Source: Vermamoeba vermiformis
Taxonomy: Eukaryota
DNA: 64,000 nt
Reading direction: 5' to 3'
Assembly: GCA_045837725.1 (NCBI GenBank)
Contig: JBEWZL010000132.1
Coordinates: 124,001-188,000 of the forward strand
Notes under the pieces: model-generated
What the model was told of the DNA's origin: nothing
What the model saw: the letters and a program-made list of their open reading frames with translations, nothing else
The model's database searches: none
In this document: positions 26,499-40,544 of the stretch, in pieces
Position numbering within the stretch: position 1 is the first letter of the stretch
How the letters are laid out: every line of letters starts with the position of its first letter
Translations under genes and position numbers: made by a program

Positions 26499-28140
26499 GG
26501 CCGAAAGAGAAGAAAATCTCAAACTGAACCAAAAAATACAAAAAAGAGAAAAGTAAGTGTAAATTTAACAACCCTAACGTAATTTAAGAGAAAACTATTT
26601 TTAAAAATTGTTCTAACTCTTTTTTGTACGTGGCAGGTAGATCCAACGGAAGAGGTTCGTTAATAATTCAATTATTCATCCTGTAACACCTTATATTCAG
26701 CAAGCTCCATGGGAGACACTTCCAAAAGAGATTTGGGAGACAATCTTTGACAGTTTTGACGATCAACATTATTACGATATACTCTTTGCAGCTCAGCCAC
26801 GCAAGATTCAACTTGAATTCCTTCGAGTAGTATCAAAGGCATTGAACAAACGATGCAAAGAATACTTGCAACGAGTCAACGACAATGAATCCATCAATCA
26901 CCAGCTGACGGATGTGATGGCTGCACGAGGCTATTTGTCGTGTCTCAAGTACCTTGTTGATAATGGCTTCTATATTACTAGCGAGAGCTTGAGTGGAGCT
27001 ATAAGCGATGGTCCTCATATGGATGTTATCCATTACATTGTCGAAGTAGACGCACATCATTGGACCTACGAGGCAATGCGTGAAATCACCGATCAAGACC
27101 ATGTAGAGCTGCTGAAATACGCCTATGAGCATGATGGAGACACAATGATCGACGAGATGGTCGCTGAATGCGCCGCAGAAGCAGGCAGTATTAAGTGCCT
27201 GAAATTCATGAAAGAGATTGACGTCAAATGGGAAGAGAACATAGCCACTTGCGCTGCCTCGAGTGGCAGTCTAGAATGCGTCAAATTCTTGCACCAATGT
27301 CAATGCAAGATAGACGCCTCAACGTGTGCTGCAGCTGCCGAAGCAGGAAATCTAGAGATGCTGAAGTACTGCCGCGGAAACGGAGCTCCGTGGGATGAAG
27401 ACACGATTCACAACGCAGCCAGGAAAGGTCGATTAGATTGTCTAGAATACGCTATTCAGAACAATGCTCCAGCCAATGTACGCTCACTGAACGATGCCTT
27501 GGCACACTATGAGTGTTTGAAGGCTTTGTATGAATACATAGGTTTGTTGAAGCTCCTCCGTCGCCTTCAAATTTCTGACCACAATAACAGGTGAGTGGCC
27601 AGAGGATATGGCGTGGTACAACGCAACATACGGTGCCGATAGAGTGGAGTGCTTCCGATATGCACACGAGAACGGCGCTACCTGGACCCAAGACACTTGC
27701 GCAAATGCTGCAAAGTATGGTGCACTCAATTGTCTCAAGTACGCACACGAGAACGGTGCTCCGTGGTCTCCAAAGGTCTGCCAACAGGCGGTGTGGGACA
27801 ATCATCTTGACTGTCTGATCTACTGTCACGAGAACGGAGCTCCGTGGGACTCAGATACTGCGTGGTCAGCAGCACGGCACGACACCATCGATTGCTTGAA
27901 GTATTGTCACGAGCACGGCTGTCCTTGGGACTCGGTGACACTTAGAGTTGCTGCACATGACGCTGGCCGCATGGCGTGTCTGAAATACGCAGCTGAAAAC
28001 GGATGTGAGTAGCAGTGGTATCCTTACTCGTACCTAATAACCAACTAGGTCCGCGAGACGACACGGTATGCCAAGGATGTAACAGTAAAGTACGCCAGTA
28101 CTTACACGAGAATGAGATCTGCACGTGTAAAAAGAAATGA
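26499..28140 (+). CDS. F-box + ankyrin-like repeat protein, copy 2 (true start upstream, uncertain)
   Basis: SGRKRRKSQTEPKNTKKRK|VDPTEE|QAPWETLPKEIWETIF, with the same repeats, intron positions and C-terminal CQGC..YLHENEICTC motif as copy 1. Confidence 0.82.
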
Positions 28141-28807
28141 AAGAGAACCTTGCCGAGTCACAGTGACTGCTATAAAGGCTATTAAACCGCGGCCAAGATC
28201 AATCTCCGTGAAGAATTGGTGCCAGTAGATCGCACGACTCATCATCCGTATACTGTGATTATAGGCGATCAATCGGGCAAGAGAGGGCCAAAGAATGCAC
28301 GACAGCAGTCTGGTGTGCGGTACGTGGTCGACTTTCAATCCGACCATTTGGGAGGCCTTAGTGGGTACTAAAAGTAAGTCTAATATATTAAAGATGTATA
28401 TTGCTTATTTAACTATTTTTTTATATAATTTGATTGATCAGGAGGATATTCCAAGAAGGTCAACTTTGAGCGACAATTTGAACTGCTCTTTTACGCAGCT
28501 GATAAATACAGAAAAGAGGCTTTATTCGTATTCTGGTGTTCTCGGTTCTAAATATCTTTTTTGTGATTTTTGGATCACCGCGTAACGAAACAAGAGAATC
28601 TCTTAAAAAACTGGTTGGATAAATTTTAGACTTTATTATTTCTTTTCATAGCCAGATTGCCAAGCTCGTCATTAATACCGGCTCGTGGAATTTGATTACG
28701 CAAGGGACGACTTTGACAGCTGTCGCTCAGCGTAATAACTTTGCTTCAATTCTAGACATTCCACTAAAGGACAATAATATTGCAGCAACAATCTCAATTC
28801 TTAAAAA

Positions 28808-31800
28808 ATGAATGGTAAGCAATTTATACAATTTCTAAAGGCTGATTCTGGCCTTGCAATTCCCATCTGATTTTGTTTATTGCTTAGATCCTTCCATTTC
28901 CAATTCTGATAGCGAAGAAGAAGATGTATCGCCTATTGCTACTACCGCCAATGGTAGGCGAGTCTCTATGTCAATTACTAGAGGCACAACCAAACAGTCC
29001 TTACTACAGCGAAAACAGTCTGTCATGCTTATTCGCGTAAGTAATATTATTAAATTTAACGATTAATTTCATGATAATTTTTACTGGTACCAATTCCGTG
29101 GCTAAATGACAATTTCATGAAAATTAGAATTTGGACGTCGAAGCAGATGTACCAACGGACGCTTCTACTTTGCAACGAAAATGCATACTTGCGATACTTC
29201 AGGTACGTATTAATATAACGTATAATCATTTCTCATTTCCTAACAAAATCTTTCGCAAATCTTTTTGGATCCGTCAAATGTCGTACGAATAAATTCACAA
29301 TAATTTCATATTAACGTGATATTATGTTTATAGGCCCGCATGATGTTGCGAGAGATGTTGGAATATAAAATTAATTACGAGAGACTTCAACGTGGTGATC
29401 TTGAAATATCAGAGATCCAAAACTTAATTCTGCGCACTCCAGAAGACAAGGAAAAAGACTATTTATCGGGTAATATTATAAAATACCAACTTTATCATAT
29501 TTATCTCACCTTTAAACGTCTAGAAATTCATGATCTGCGAAAACAAGTCATGCAAAGTACTCGACGAAATTATTTGCTCGAGCATGAGTTGAAGAAGCTT
29601 GAAAAGAAAATAGGCTTATTAATTGCGAATAGGACCTCTATTCAAGTAGGTTGAAATTCAATCTCCTTTAATCTCCAAAATTCGTTGCTCGCTAAAATTT
29701 CCTACTTTTACAGTCAATATTATACTAGGATTGTAATTGTATTAATAGAACGTTTATATAACGAAGTATAATGCATAGAATAGTATTTTAAAGCAATGAA
29801 TGATAAACTAACGAAAACTTTTCCGTCAAGGAATTGGATCGCGAGGAAAAAAAGAAAAGAGGCGCGAAAATAGTTACGGAAGAGAAAAGTGGTGAACAAT
29901 TACTGACTAATAAGAAAAAGATCAGCTCTTATTCGAATTTATTTCATCTGCTGCAAACTGAACCTGTTTATTTAGCCACGCTGTAAGTCAAACTCAGATC
30001 TGCTCGCTTTAACCATCAAATCAATACTCAATATTACAATATAATCTATAAGTATAATATCAACAATAGATATTACCTTTTTGTACGCTGGCTAATTGTT
30101 CTAACAAAAAATATTTTTAGGGCTTATCTTTTACCGCGCGAGTCAGCGGGCAGTTTTATCGATAAAATTATTCCGACCTTGTTCGGTGACGCATTTGCAG
30201 CTCGAGAAGAATATTTGCTGCTCAATCTGTTCCACCACGCCATTCTCAAGGAAGTCAAGCACAGCACGCGACCCAACGAGCTGATTCAAAGCGAGTCTAT
30301 TATTCCGGGCATGGTGCTGGCCTATAGCAAACGAAAACAAGGTATATTGTTGTGAGGCTGTTCACTGAAAAGTATATTAGCGTGCGCAAAAACTGAGCGT
30401 GAAAAAATTATGATTGCAAATATTTATTTCCTTTTATAGGCATTGAATATCTACGACAAGTGATCGGACCAGTCATCAAAGAGTTTATGATGAAAGATGT
30501 CGATTTTGAAGTCAGTCCCAGCAGAGTACGTCAAAGCTCGATCATTCGAAATTTTTCACGCAGGACTAACATTGACTGCAGGTGCTCACAAAACAAATCA
30601 AAGCAGCGCAAAAGAGACAAAACGGCGCTGGGTTGAAACGAACAGTGACTGAGATCAAATCGATCTCCAATGAAGTACGTACTCGATTTTGACACTTTTG
30701 ACACGTGTCAAGCACTTTGACCGATCGATCTAACAATCCCTACAGGACGCCATCAAGAATTCAACCGTTAAAGCCCATCTCGAACGCGTCTACAAACAAA
30801 TCACGTCGAATGCGCAGCTGTTCTTGGACGCTGTGCTGAAATCCTTGACTAGTTTGCCGTACGGTCTGCGGCTCATTTGCAAACAACTTCGAACTGCCCT
30901 GTTAGTACGTACAGATGTTACTTATTATGGAAGTTATAGCCACTGACAGCGTGATTACCTAATTAGGAAAAGTATCCCAAAGCAACATCAGAAGAGATCG
31001 TACGCGTGTTGAGTTACTACGTGTACTACCGATTCATCAACTTGGCCATTGTCACACCTGATTCATTCGGCATTGGTGGCGTTGGTACGTGCTTGAATAG
31101 TACTAAGTACTCCTATCCTAACTCTTCTGTCAGAGCCCACTATGCAAATGCGTCGCAATCTGATCGTGCTGTCCAAGCTGTTGCAAGCAGTATTTAACGG
31201 CAGTTTGTACGAGAAACAAGATGAACTCGCACCACTTAACGCGTGGGTCGCTTCAACGAGGAACAGCATTGTTGACTTTTACAAGAACCTCGTTGATGTG
31301 TCGGACCCCGAGGACTACTTGCAGGCACGTGATTGGCTTCCAGTAATCATTACGTAATGTATTAATGACATCTGTGGCCTTAGGTCGACAAGTACAACGA
31401 ATTGTTCCAACAAACTAAGCCGTTCATCATCATCTCTGTCGATGAAATGCTCGAGACTCACCAGCTCTTGCGCATCTACGCTGAAAAGATCGCGCGCAAT
31501 CCTCAAGACCCATTGAGGTACAGTAGATAATAGACATGTGTATTAGGTTCTACGCGCTGACTAGTCTTATTGCAGGGCAATTTTGAAAGAAATTGGTGAA
31601 ATCCCGACATTGCCCGAGAGTCAAAAACAACAAGAGCTGCAACTCGTGCTCGAGACAAGGTTCAAAAAAGATGCTGTTGGTACGTAGACTTCTTGTCTAC
31701 TCGGTAATATATAATTGCTAAGCTGTTCTCTGTCGATAGAAAAGAGAATCAATAGCACGCAAGTCGTGTACGACGAGACCAAAGAAGCATTTTTGTGGGT

Positions 31801-32693
31801 GTTAAAAACACTGCCGCCGATCACGAGGACGTACGTGACACGTCGTATATTGGAATAGCTAATCGTACTGACCCTTAAATAGACATACATTTATGAGTCT
31901 GTTGATGGAAGCCAAGAGAACAGCGACGGATCAAGACGACAAGGTGATGCTTCAAAAGATCAAATTGATCTTAGACAATCTCAAAGAGCTAGAAGACAAG
32001 CGCGTAGTGTCTAAGACTGACAACTACGTCAGTTTCTTGCGTGACGTGGCCAAGGTATGGTTCTCGGCCATACGTACGAATGATTTGCTAACATTTTCAA
32101 ACAGGAAATCACGCACAGAAATCAACAAATGGAGTCACAAGCCAAAGAAGCAGCGCGATTGCGAGCAGCATTTAAGAACTCGGCCAAATATCAAGAGTAC
32201 ATCAACGAGCAGCTGTTCGCCTTTCAAAAATATCTGCAGTCGTGTCGTGAAAATATGGCTAGAAATCTCAAAAAGAAGAAGAAAACGCTGTTTAAATTCA
32301 CGTACAAAGAGCTCGAGAAGAAAGAAGTCATCATCGAGAGTGAAATTTCACCGGCATTGTAAGTGTCACCGTCATCGACCATTGGCGATTCGATTCTCAA
32401 CGCTGAATTTCCTTATTAGGCAAAGCAAAGTGATGTTCTTTGTGCGCATGACCGAGGAAGGCTCGCAGTTTGATATTGAAGCCAAGGCATCCGGAGGTAA
32501 GTCCGCTTAAACTTTCCTAATTTGGCAAGGCGACTCACTTGCCATTCATTTAGTCACTGTTGGCCGCATCAAACTGATCTTAGACGAGCTGTTGGAGATG
32601 AAAGACAACAACGAGAGTCAAATTGAGATCGACAACGTCGTGCTGAGTGTGGCCGGACTGATTTATTTGATCAACAAACTGTTCCTGAGCTGA
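28808..32693 (+). CDS. IQGAP-related protein (RasGAP/GRD + RasGAP_C; Dictyostelium GapA/RgaA-like)
   Basis: LFHLLQTEPVYLA, AREEYLLL, LPYGLRLICK, YYRFINLAIVTPD, RRNLIVLSKLLQ, FTYKELEKKEVI and LIYLINKLF across many short introns. Confidence 0.88.
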
Positions 32694-33798
32694 ACAAAAA
32701 CTTGGATCTAGGCCGTATGTAATATAAAAACCGCAGATATTTATTGTATCATAGTAAAGCACATTGAAAAACTTATCTATTTATTAATTTTTAGTATTCT
32801 CGCTTTCTTGCTTGACCCGAGCGATTTTCGATAATGGTCATGAACGATTTTGCATAATCAATCCCCTTTTCTGACAATGGCCGCATAAATGGTTCTTTTT
32901 TAACCCCGAAACGGAATACGAGAACGCTCCCAGTGACAGGGGAGATAAAAATCTTGGTCTCTGGCTTGCTTCGTGAGAATCTCCGAAGTTCGTATTCATA
33001 AAGCCATTGTGATTAGCTGTGGCCACAGAGAATTGTCTGCAAAGAGGGTTGTTTTTGCGGGTCAGAACACTTAGAGAAAGCCTGTTGCTGCCACGAAACA
33101 AACCGAATCAAAAAAGTACCCGTACAAGCGGCAATCCAAGTATGATTTGGAGGCTCATGGTTGCCAATGATGTATAACAACTAACCACACCAATTACACT
33201 GATTATGCGCAATTCTTTCAATTATCTGCGACGAGATTTTTAAGCACAAACTGGCAGGTATAAAAATCTTTTCAAGATTGGAATTGTTCCTCTGACAAGA
33301 TACTTCGTTTTCACCGTTCAGTGAACGATAAACGGGAAACTAATCACCGCTCGAGGCCAGTTCTTGAATGAAAAGTTCAGTGAAAAGAAGGGACAATTAA
33401 TGGTGTCAAAATCAACAGTTGTTTTATATTACAGGCTAGTGTTGGGTTGTCAGGGGTGAATTGGTTTGGGGTAATTAAAAAAATCAAAATCATAAATCTA
33501 CATGTCAAAGTGTCACATCCAAAACATTTCGGTGTTGAACGGGCTTTGAGTGGCGGTAACTGTACATTAATAACAAAACTGTCGCGTGGCGTGTGATGAT
33601 CGCAAAGGACGCACGAGACTAGCGCTAGCAAATACACGACGTCAAGCGAAAGTTTCCAATCGATGCTGGATGTGGATCTCGAACTTGATCTGGACCCACA
33701 ACAAGCATCAATATCAACTCGCGATGATGCGACTATATTCACGGCGGCACCTAGTCTCGCACTGAAGTCTATTTACATGTGTTGCGGTGCTGCGAGCC

Positions 33799-36700
33799 TT
33801 AGCCCTCGTACGTGACCATGAAGCTGGTGAACGAGGTCGTCAAGTTCATGCGCACTTCAATCAGGGCCTTGTCGTAAATGTCGACTGTAGGGTTCTGCAG
33901 CTTAGGCTCGAGCATGCGAGGCTCAGTACCAATCGAGATCTGCTCCTCACTGCCGTCTTTCAAAAATCGGTTGTAGATCTCGCGCGCGGTTTGTTTCAAC
34001 TCGTCAGCGCTTGCAAAATTGGTTCGACGGTAAGTCTCGACGGCAATGAAGAAGCGCAGGTACTCGCTGTCCATTCTAAATAACAAAACGTTAGTACAAA
34101 TTCTTAAATTAAAATTCTGAATCAGAGCGGATAATTTTTATGCAAAGTTTAATTCAATTTTACGCGATCTGAAATTTAAATAAAAGATATTCGCGACTAT
34201 AATAGTATAATATGACGGGAATATATTAGTTATTACGTACTTTGCTTTCAAATAAGTTTCAAAAGCCTCGCATAGTTTGCGATCGATAAGAACTTCTTCC
34301 ATTTCGCGTTTTTGAGGCGAAAGCACGCCCTTGACTGCATTGCCACTAGGTGTCTTCTGCTTGTTGGAGCTGCTCTTCTTTCGCTCTAATTTTAGCGGCG
34401 ACTTGGCGCGGATCGTAAGCGACTTCTTTTCTTTCTCTTTTTTCGTCGCTTTTTGCTTAGCGTCCTCCTTCAACTTCTCTTCGGCGCTCTTGAGTGCTTC
34501 TTTGCTACAAGTAAGGAAGGGTACACCGTTAGAATCTGACAGTTCTGCATTAAAATTTCCAATACTTACTTAGATTCGTCCAAATTTTCAACGATCGAAG
34601 CTTTCTCGTTTAACTCGTTCTCGCTCAAGATTAGCCGAGAGTTGATGTAGTCCTTGACAATAACGTCCTCTTTGATGGCATAGTGCTGCTTTTTCATCAT
34701 ATGAATCTGCTTGAAAACTAAATCCGCAAAAAAATTAGTCCATATTTAAATCTTCCGACAAGTATAATTAGAAACATACTCTTGCCCACTATAGTCATCT
34801 TATCGAAGCTAACTAAGCCGCTGTCCTCGTCAATGGTCGGATTTTCATCGAGGAAGAACATGTCGCGCAACAAAACTTCAAGCAACGGCACGCAAGGCTG
34901 CGGCTCATCGCTCAATAAACTGCGCGTCATGACCTCTCTGTAGTCTCTGTAATTATGCTCCTGGCTGACAAGCTTGCTCAATTCTTGGTACTTCTGCGTC
35001 CACTCAGCAGGAACTTGACTCCACGCCTTGCTCAATTTAGTGACGCAGTTCATGGACAGTGCTGAGCAGATGGTTTGCATGCCACTATAGTTATTCAGCT
35101 GCTTGAATTTCTATTTTGAAGACAAATTAGATCCCGATCCGATTGATTCAATTTCAAACAAAACGATCGTTATATTGCGTCTTAAACGTACCTCGAGCAG
35201 CTTAATAAACTTGATAATGATTTCAGCTCGTTGTTTGATGCCGACGTCCTTGCCAGGCGCAATAATAATCGTGGATGCGACCCAAAAAGTGTTTTGATTG
35301 AATTGTTCAATCGCAGAGGTGATATGAGGGGCACGCATATCAGCGTCGGGCTTAGTCCAGCTTTGATTGAGGTACTCGTCAAGCTTAATCGCCAAGAACG
35401 CTTTTTGATCGAGCAGTGTCAATTGTTCTGCCAGATCGTCCACGCCCACATCTGTGAACTCAAACTGCTTGCGCTTCGTCACAGCATGTTCTGAATATAC
35501 TATTAGTATCATTGCCATAGAGGTGCACATATTTAACGCCTTACCATTGGACGGGGAGAGCTTTAAGCTGGACAGCGACCGTTCAGTAAAGGCGCGAGCA
35601 GCAGCAGCTTCTTTGATGTTGTTGGTCAATTGATTGGCCCAGCCACGCTCTTTGACGTCACCATATGAGAGCATGTCGACGAATCGATTGAAGAGTGCGC
35701 GGCAAACAGAGCTCGAGCTGATGGTTTCAGCGCGCAGTTCGATCAGCCTCACAATCATCTTGATAATGCGGAATTGGAAGATAATTCGCATGCCTTCGTC
35801 GTGGGCGCGTTGTGACCTCATATCTGTACAATATTACTCTATTAGTACACTCGGAGGTAAATTCCGAATTTTAGATCAATTTTACGTACCTTCGGATGCG
35901 GAGAAAAGACTCTTTCGTGAAGTAGCCCTAGAACATTGTGTTAATATGCTACATAATGCATGGCGTGCGTATAAATATATTACTTTGATCCAGCGCCTTT
36001 AGGTGATAAATCGCCTTTTGAGCTGGCGGACCTTCTCGATCTAATGCCATCTTCGCTATCCTCCGTTGAAGATAACAGCAAAGCATCGCCATTGCTCTCC
36101 TTACTGTCACCAGGCATCACGCCGACTGCAGCAGCGCGATAGGACTGAATTAAAACTTTCAAAATAAGAGCTGGCTCGGCAAAGGCCGGAAAGGTCAATA
36201 AAACGGCATCTTGATAATCAGTGCTTTGTTGGCTCAACAAGTGACGGATCAATGCGCGAGGACTGCCTTCGGTCGGAAAGCCTCGCTCGTTCAGCTCAAT
36301 TTTTGTCGCATCCTGTACAGCGGACGTTAATAAATGCAAGCTCGCTTACGTAAAGACAAAATGTCATGATTATGGATGACATGGATAATGAAATAATGAT
36401 TAACCAAAATGGTGTCGTTAATTAGTGCTAATTTTGGAGATTTTTCGAGATTTCACGTCAAAAAAGAAAAAAATTAAATTATTTCAGGAGTAATTGTTAC
36501 CTCTCGCTCTTGTTCTAATACGATTCTGGCTATTTCGACCTCACCCATATTAAACAAGTCTTCTACTTCCTAACAAATTTATCAAAAATTATTATTTTAA
36601 TTTTAACGTGCTTGAGTTTTAACTTACTGAATCTGACGCGTCAGACTCACTTGAGCTTGAGGACATCACTGACGATGTACTTTCTTTGCGTGACAAGGCT

Positions 36701-37645
36701 GGATAGTCGGTACTTGAGTCCATCATAGCAAAATCCGCGAACAAATCTGGTATTGAAGAGGACGTGCGCTTAACTTCTCGAATTGAAATCTCTGACTCGC
36801 TTTCGTCGCTGTAGTTGCCCTAGATCATATACCAGTCAGTATTGGCCACCTTTCATGTCAAATAAGCTGAAAACAAGTCAAAAAATTCTTCCTCAATTTA
36901 ATCTCCATCGAATAGAAATTTCGTGTTAATGACTAAAAAGGTAAGCACGCGCGCCAGATCCGCTGGTCGATTGGCGTGCAATCCATATTAAAGGCGGTTT
37001 AATTCACGTAATATCAATTATTTGTAATATTCTGTGTTTCAGGATAGTTCCTGCTTAGTCTATTGAAATTCCGATCTGTGAGACACATTGAAGGGTCGTT
37101 TTAACGAAATTAAATCAACCGATATTCTGATTATTGGACGTTATTTTATTACTACTCCACGCGATCCTTATGATTTGAGTGTTTTCTTAGTCTTCAAAGA
37201 CAAATCTGCAGAGAATTTTGTAGGCAGATAATTTTTATTAGCTACTCGCCCAAAATCATAAAGTATCGCGTAGAATAGCAATAATTCGTATATATTTCTA
37301 TATTATGGCCATTATCGTTGCGTAACGATGAATAGACCAAACGTTTTGGATCAAAATATCAGATCGGCGTGACGTTTCTATTCCGCAATGTAATTGTAAA
37401 CCATCGTTAAATTGTTGACTTACCGAAGATGACTCTAACAAGCTATCACTTTTATCCAAAGACGGTTTCTTTTTGACTAACAATGCTGGTGAAGAGCTGG
37501 CAAGGGATGTGTTTGCGAAGGCTGATAAAGTGATGGTTGGTGTGCTCAACTTCTTTCCAGGTGTAACACGTGATTTATCTTTGCCCTTAGAGATACTGCG
37601 CTTTCGTTTTGAAGGGCTGGGGCTTTCTGAGCGAGACAAATCCAT
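33799..37645 (-). CDS. RasGEF (REM + CDC25) with a C-terminal RGS domain
   Basis: LAEQLTLLDQKAF, FNQNTFWVA..I, QLNNYSG and PCVPLLEVLLRDM (CDC25); FETYLKA..SEYLRFFIAVETY..AREIYNRFL..QISI (RGS). The 5' exons are low-complexity and the start is tentative. Confidence 0.82.
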
Positions 37646-38996
37646 CTCCGTCGTTTAAAGTGAGTAACCAAAAAAGTATACTAGGCTATCTGTGCAAGTA
37701 CGCTGTTGGTCCCACTGACAAAAATACGACTCGAAAATGAGCGGACTTGTGGTGTGCTCTTAATGCAATAAACAGTAACAAATAAGATCAGTTCACACAA
37801 GACAAAAATTAAATTCTGTCTCCGTAATGAAATTCCGGTTTCTACATTTATGGATCGCAGGTGCACAAATAAATAACGATAAATGGCATTGATGCCGAAT
37901 ATCTTTTGAGTTTTGTTCGAATCCACAACGTGATCTAAAGTAATTCAATTGAATTTCTAGATAAGGAAGATTGCATGAAACTGCCATGTCTTTTCAACGG
38001 CCTGTGGTATAACATGCAGGAATAAGTCCGCTTTGCAAGAATCTTATTTTCAATTTTGATACGCAAAAGTGGATCACATCTACCTTAACTTACGCTCTAA
38101 AAAAAGTACCAAATGAATTTAAGATTGTTCTACAACCTTTAGGTACTCTAGACATATCTGTACGCACCTCGCGACCATTGCAGCTCAATAATATCACACC
38201 CCGAGATACGAATCATCAAATTTTTATTCGTCCCAGTAAAAATATTGCGAATCAAAGTAGAACAACCATACGAGACGCACAATAAAGATGGTATTATACA
38301 TACTCCCGCTTCCTTGACTCGGTGCACGGCGAGGCAACACAGTAACATTCGACACCTGTCGGGACATGTCACTAAAATTACTAGTGACATTTAGCAACGC
38401 GGTATACTTGTTTGACCCATTCGCGCTCCGCATTTAATGTAAATCGCCTTAAACTAGTAATACCGCAACTTTAGAGGTTCGTGAATTAATTGAGATTTAA
38501 ATCTTGTGTTCTGGGACACTTCCCTGCATCCAGGCAACTGCCATTCCCAAATTACTAGCAAAGGCGCCTTTGTATTTGAGAGCTGATACGCTCATCACAC
38601 CGGAGAATATTTTTCGAATACGGCTTTAAGTAATGTGCATGACAATTCGAATTAAATTTGTGAATCATAGACCCGGCTAGTGTCAACAAAGTTCCGCTTG
38701 ATGCAATGGGTCTTAACTGGCCTCTATACATGTCTTTATATCTATATTTCTCGGTTTTGCGGTGTTTCGCCGTTTCAGTTTCAAGTCACGAATTCTTGCT
38801 TTAATTAATTTCGATAAACTAGCTAATTTACTTCTTTACTTTTCGAAACTCCGATCGTACCGTGAATTATAACTGACGAATGACGCCATCGATCGTCAAG
38901 TCTAGCATAATTAATGATGTACTACCTTGCTGCAGGGTCCGAATCACTTTTAATTAACCGGTTTGACACTTACACGTTTAAGAGCCAAAAGATTCT

Positions 38997-40469
38997 TTAG
39001 CCTTTGTAATCACCTCTAAAATACTCTTGATGAGGGTATCGAAGTGTTTGCAGACCTGTTTTCGGGTCAAATGCTGGAAGTGAGGCAGAATATTTGGGAT
39101 CAGGTCTATAATTGTAACTCGGCTGATTAATTAACTCGTCGTAATTGGTTTGTTTTCGCTCGTGCAAGCATGCCTCTAGCACTCCTATTCATAGCAAGTA
39201 TTAATATGCGTGTTTCAATTGAAAAACTTTCGCAACACGTACTGATTTTCAATGGAACGTATTCAGGCTTGTGTGGACCCATTGCTAGCTCTTGCTCTAT
39301 TCAGTAATAGCATTAATATCACGAAGCACGTGCTTAGTATCGATTACTAGTACCTATAGCTCGATATTCATAATAGACAGTCCGTCGGAGAGGTGACTTG
39401 CACGCAGGTGAGCCGTGCAGCACGAGAATGTTGTGAAGAATGACATCGCCTGGCTGTACTTCGACAGGAATAGCGCCACTCTTTTTGAAACCTAAATCAT
39501 AGTATAGCACGTTAGATCAGCGCAGCTACAAGAGAAAGGTTCATTAAATGGGTCGCGACACGTACCATCGCTCGTCAGGTGGTCGATCATCGCCGAGGCC
39601 ATCATATCAGGCCACTTGTGCGTGCCTGGAATGACGTACAAACAGTTGTCGTGCTGCGTGTTCGCTTCGTCTAGATAGATTCCAACGTCAATCGCCGGTC
39701 TGTTGTCAACACTCGCTCCACTCGCGTCACGATGCCACTTGATGGGCACTCCATCGCCTGGGAACTAGAGACGGTATTAATAACAGTCATTGCATTGCTA
39801 CAACGGCGCACAAAGCTGCTGGTTCGAGCGACGTTTTGTAACTTCAAAGTCTCGCTTCGATAAATACAGTGCACTAATCGTACCTTGAACACGAAGCTGT
39901 CCCAAGTCGGAATGAAATTTGGTCCTAGAAATGCTTCAATAGTCTTCAAGATGAACGAGTGCGCGATCAGTCTCTTGCACGCAACGCCTTTGTCTACTGG
40001 ATACTCAATACGGAAGGGAACCCCTGTAAATAACATCATATTAGGCGCCAATACGTGAGTTAGTGTGCAATATCCGACCTCGCTTTGTGTCACCCTGAGG
40101 TTTGGCGACTGGATCCTTCGTTTCACTTTCTTGCTTGTGCGAATAGAGTTTATACCAGTTCTCTGGAATCTCATCGTTAAACCAATAATCGGGACCGTGT
40201 CCTATATTGTCGATCATTGATTTGGTCTCCGCACGAAGACTTTCTAATTCCTGAATAAATATTCATTAATTCGAGCGGATCTCTCGAAAATTATAATACT
40301 ATCAGTAATTGACGGATCATGTCGTATACATATCCAGAAAAATTCTTAAAAATCTTACCTCTTTACTCAAAGCGTTTCTGAGCACCAAAAATCCATTATC
40401 ATGAAAGAACTTTATCTGCGCTTCAGTCAGCTCTGTTTGCGTTTGTACATCAATATGTGGGATATTCAT
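38997..40469 (-). CDS. Phytanoyl-CoA dioxygenase (PhyH) family 2OG-Fe(II) oxygenase
   Basis: LTEAQIKFFHDNGFLVL, WHRD, LYVIPGTH, GDVILHNILVLHGS and RRTVY. Confidence 0.9.
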
Positions 40470-40544
40470 CGTGTTGTTATATATTACAAATAAGGTCCTG
40501 GACTAAAAGTCTTGTGCTGTCATGTACGAGTCAAAACGAAAAAA

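Noticed and set aside
37900-37940. GTTCGAATCC T-loop-like motif in intergenic DNA
   Set aside because: I could not fold a T-stem, D-arm or acceptor stem around it, so no tRNA is called.
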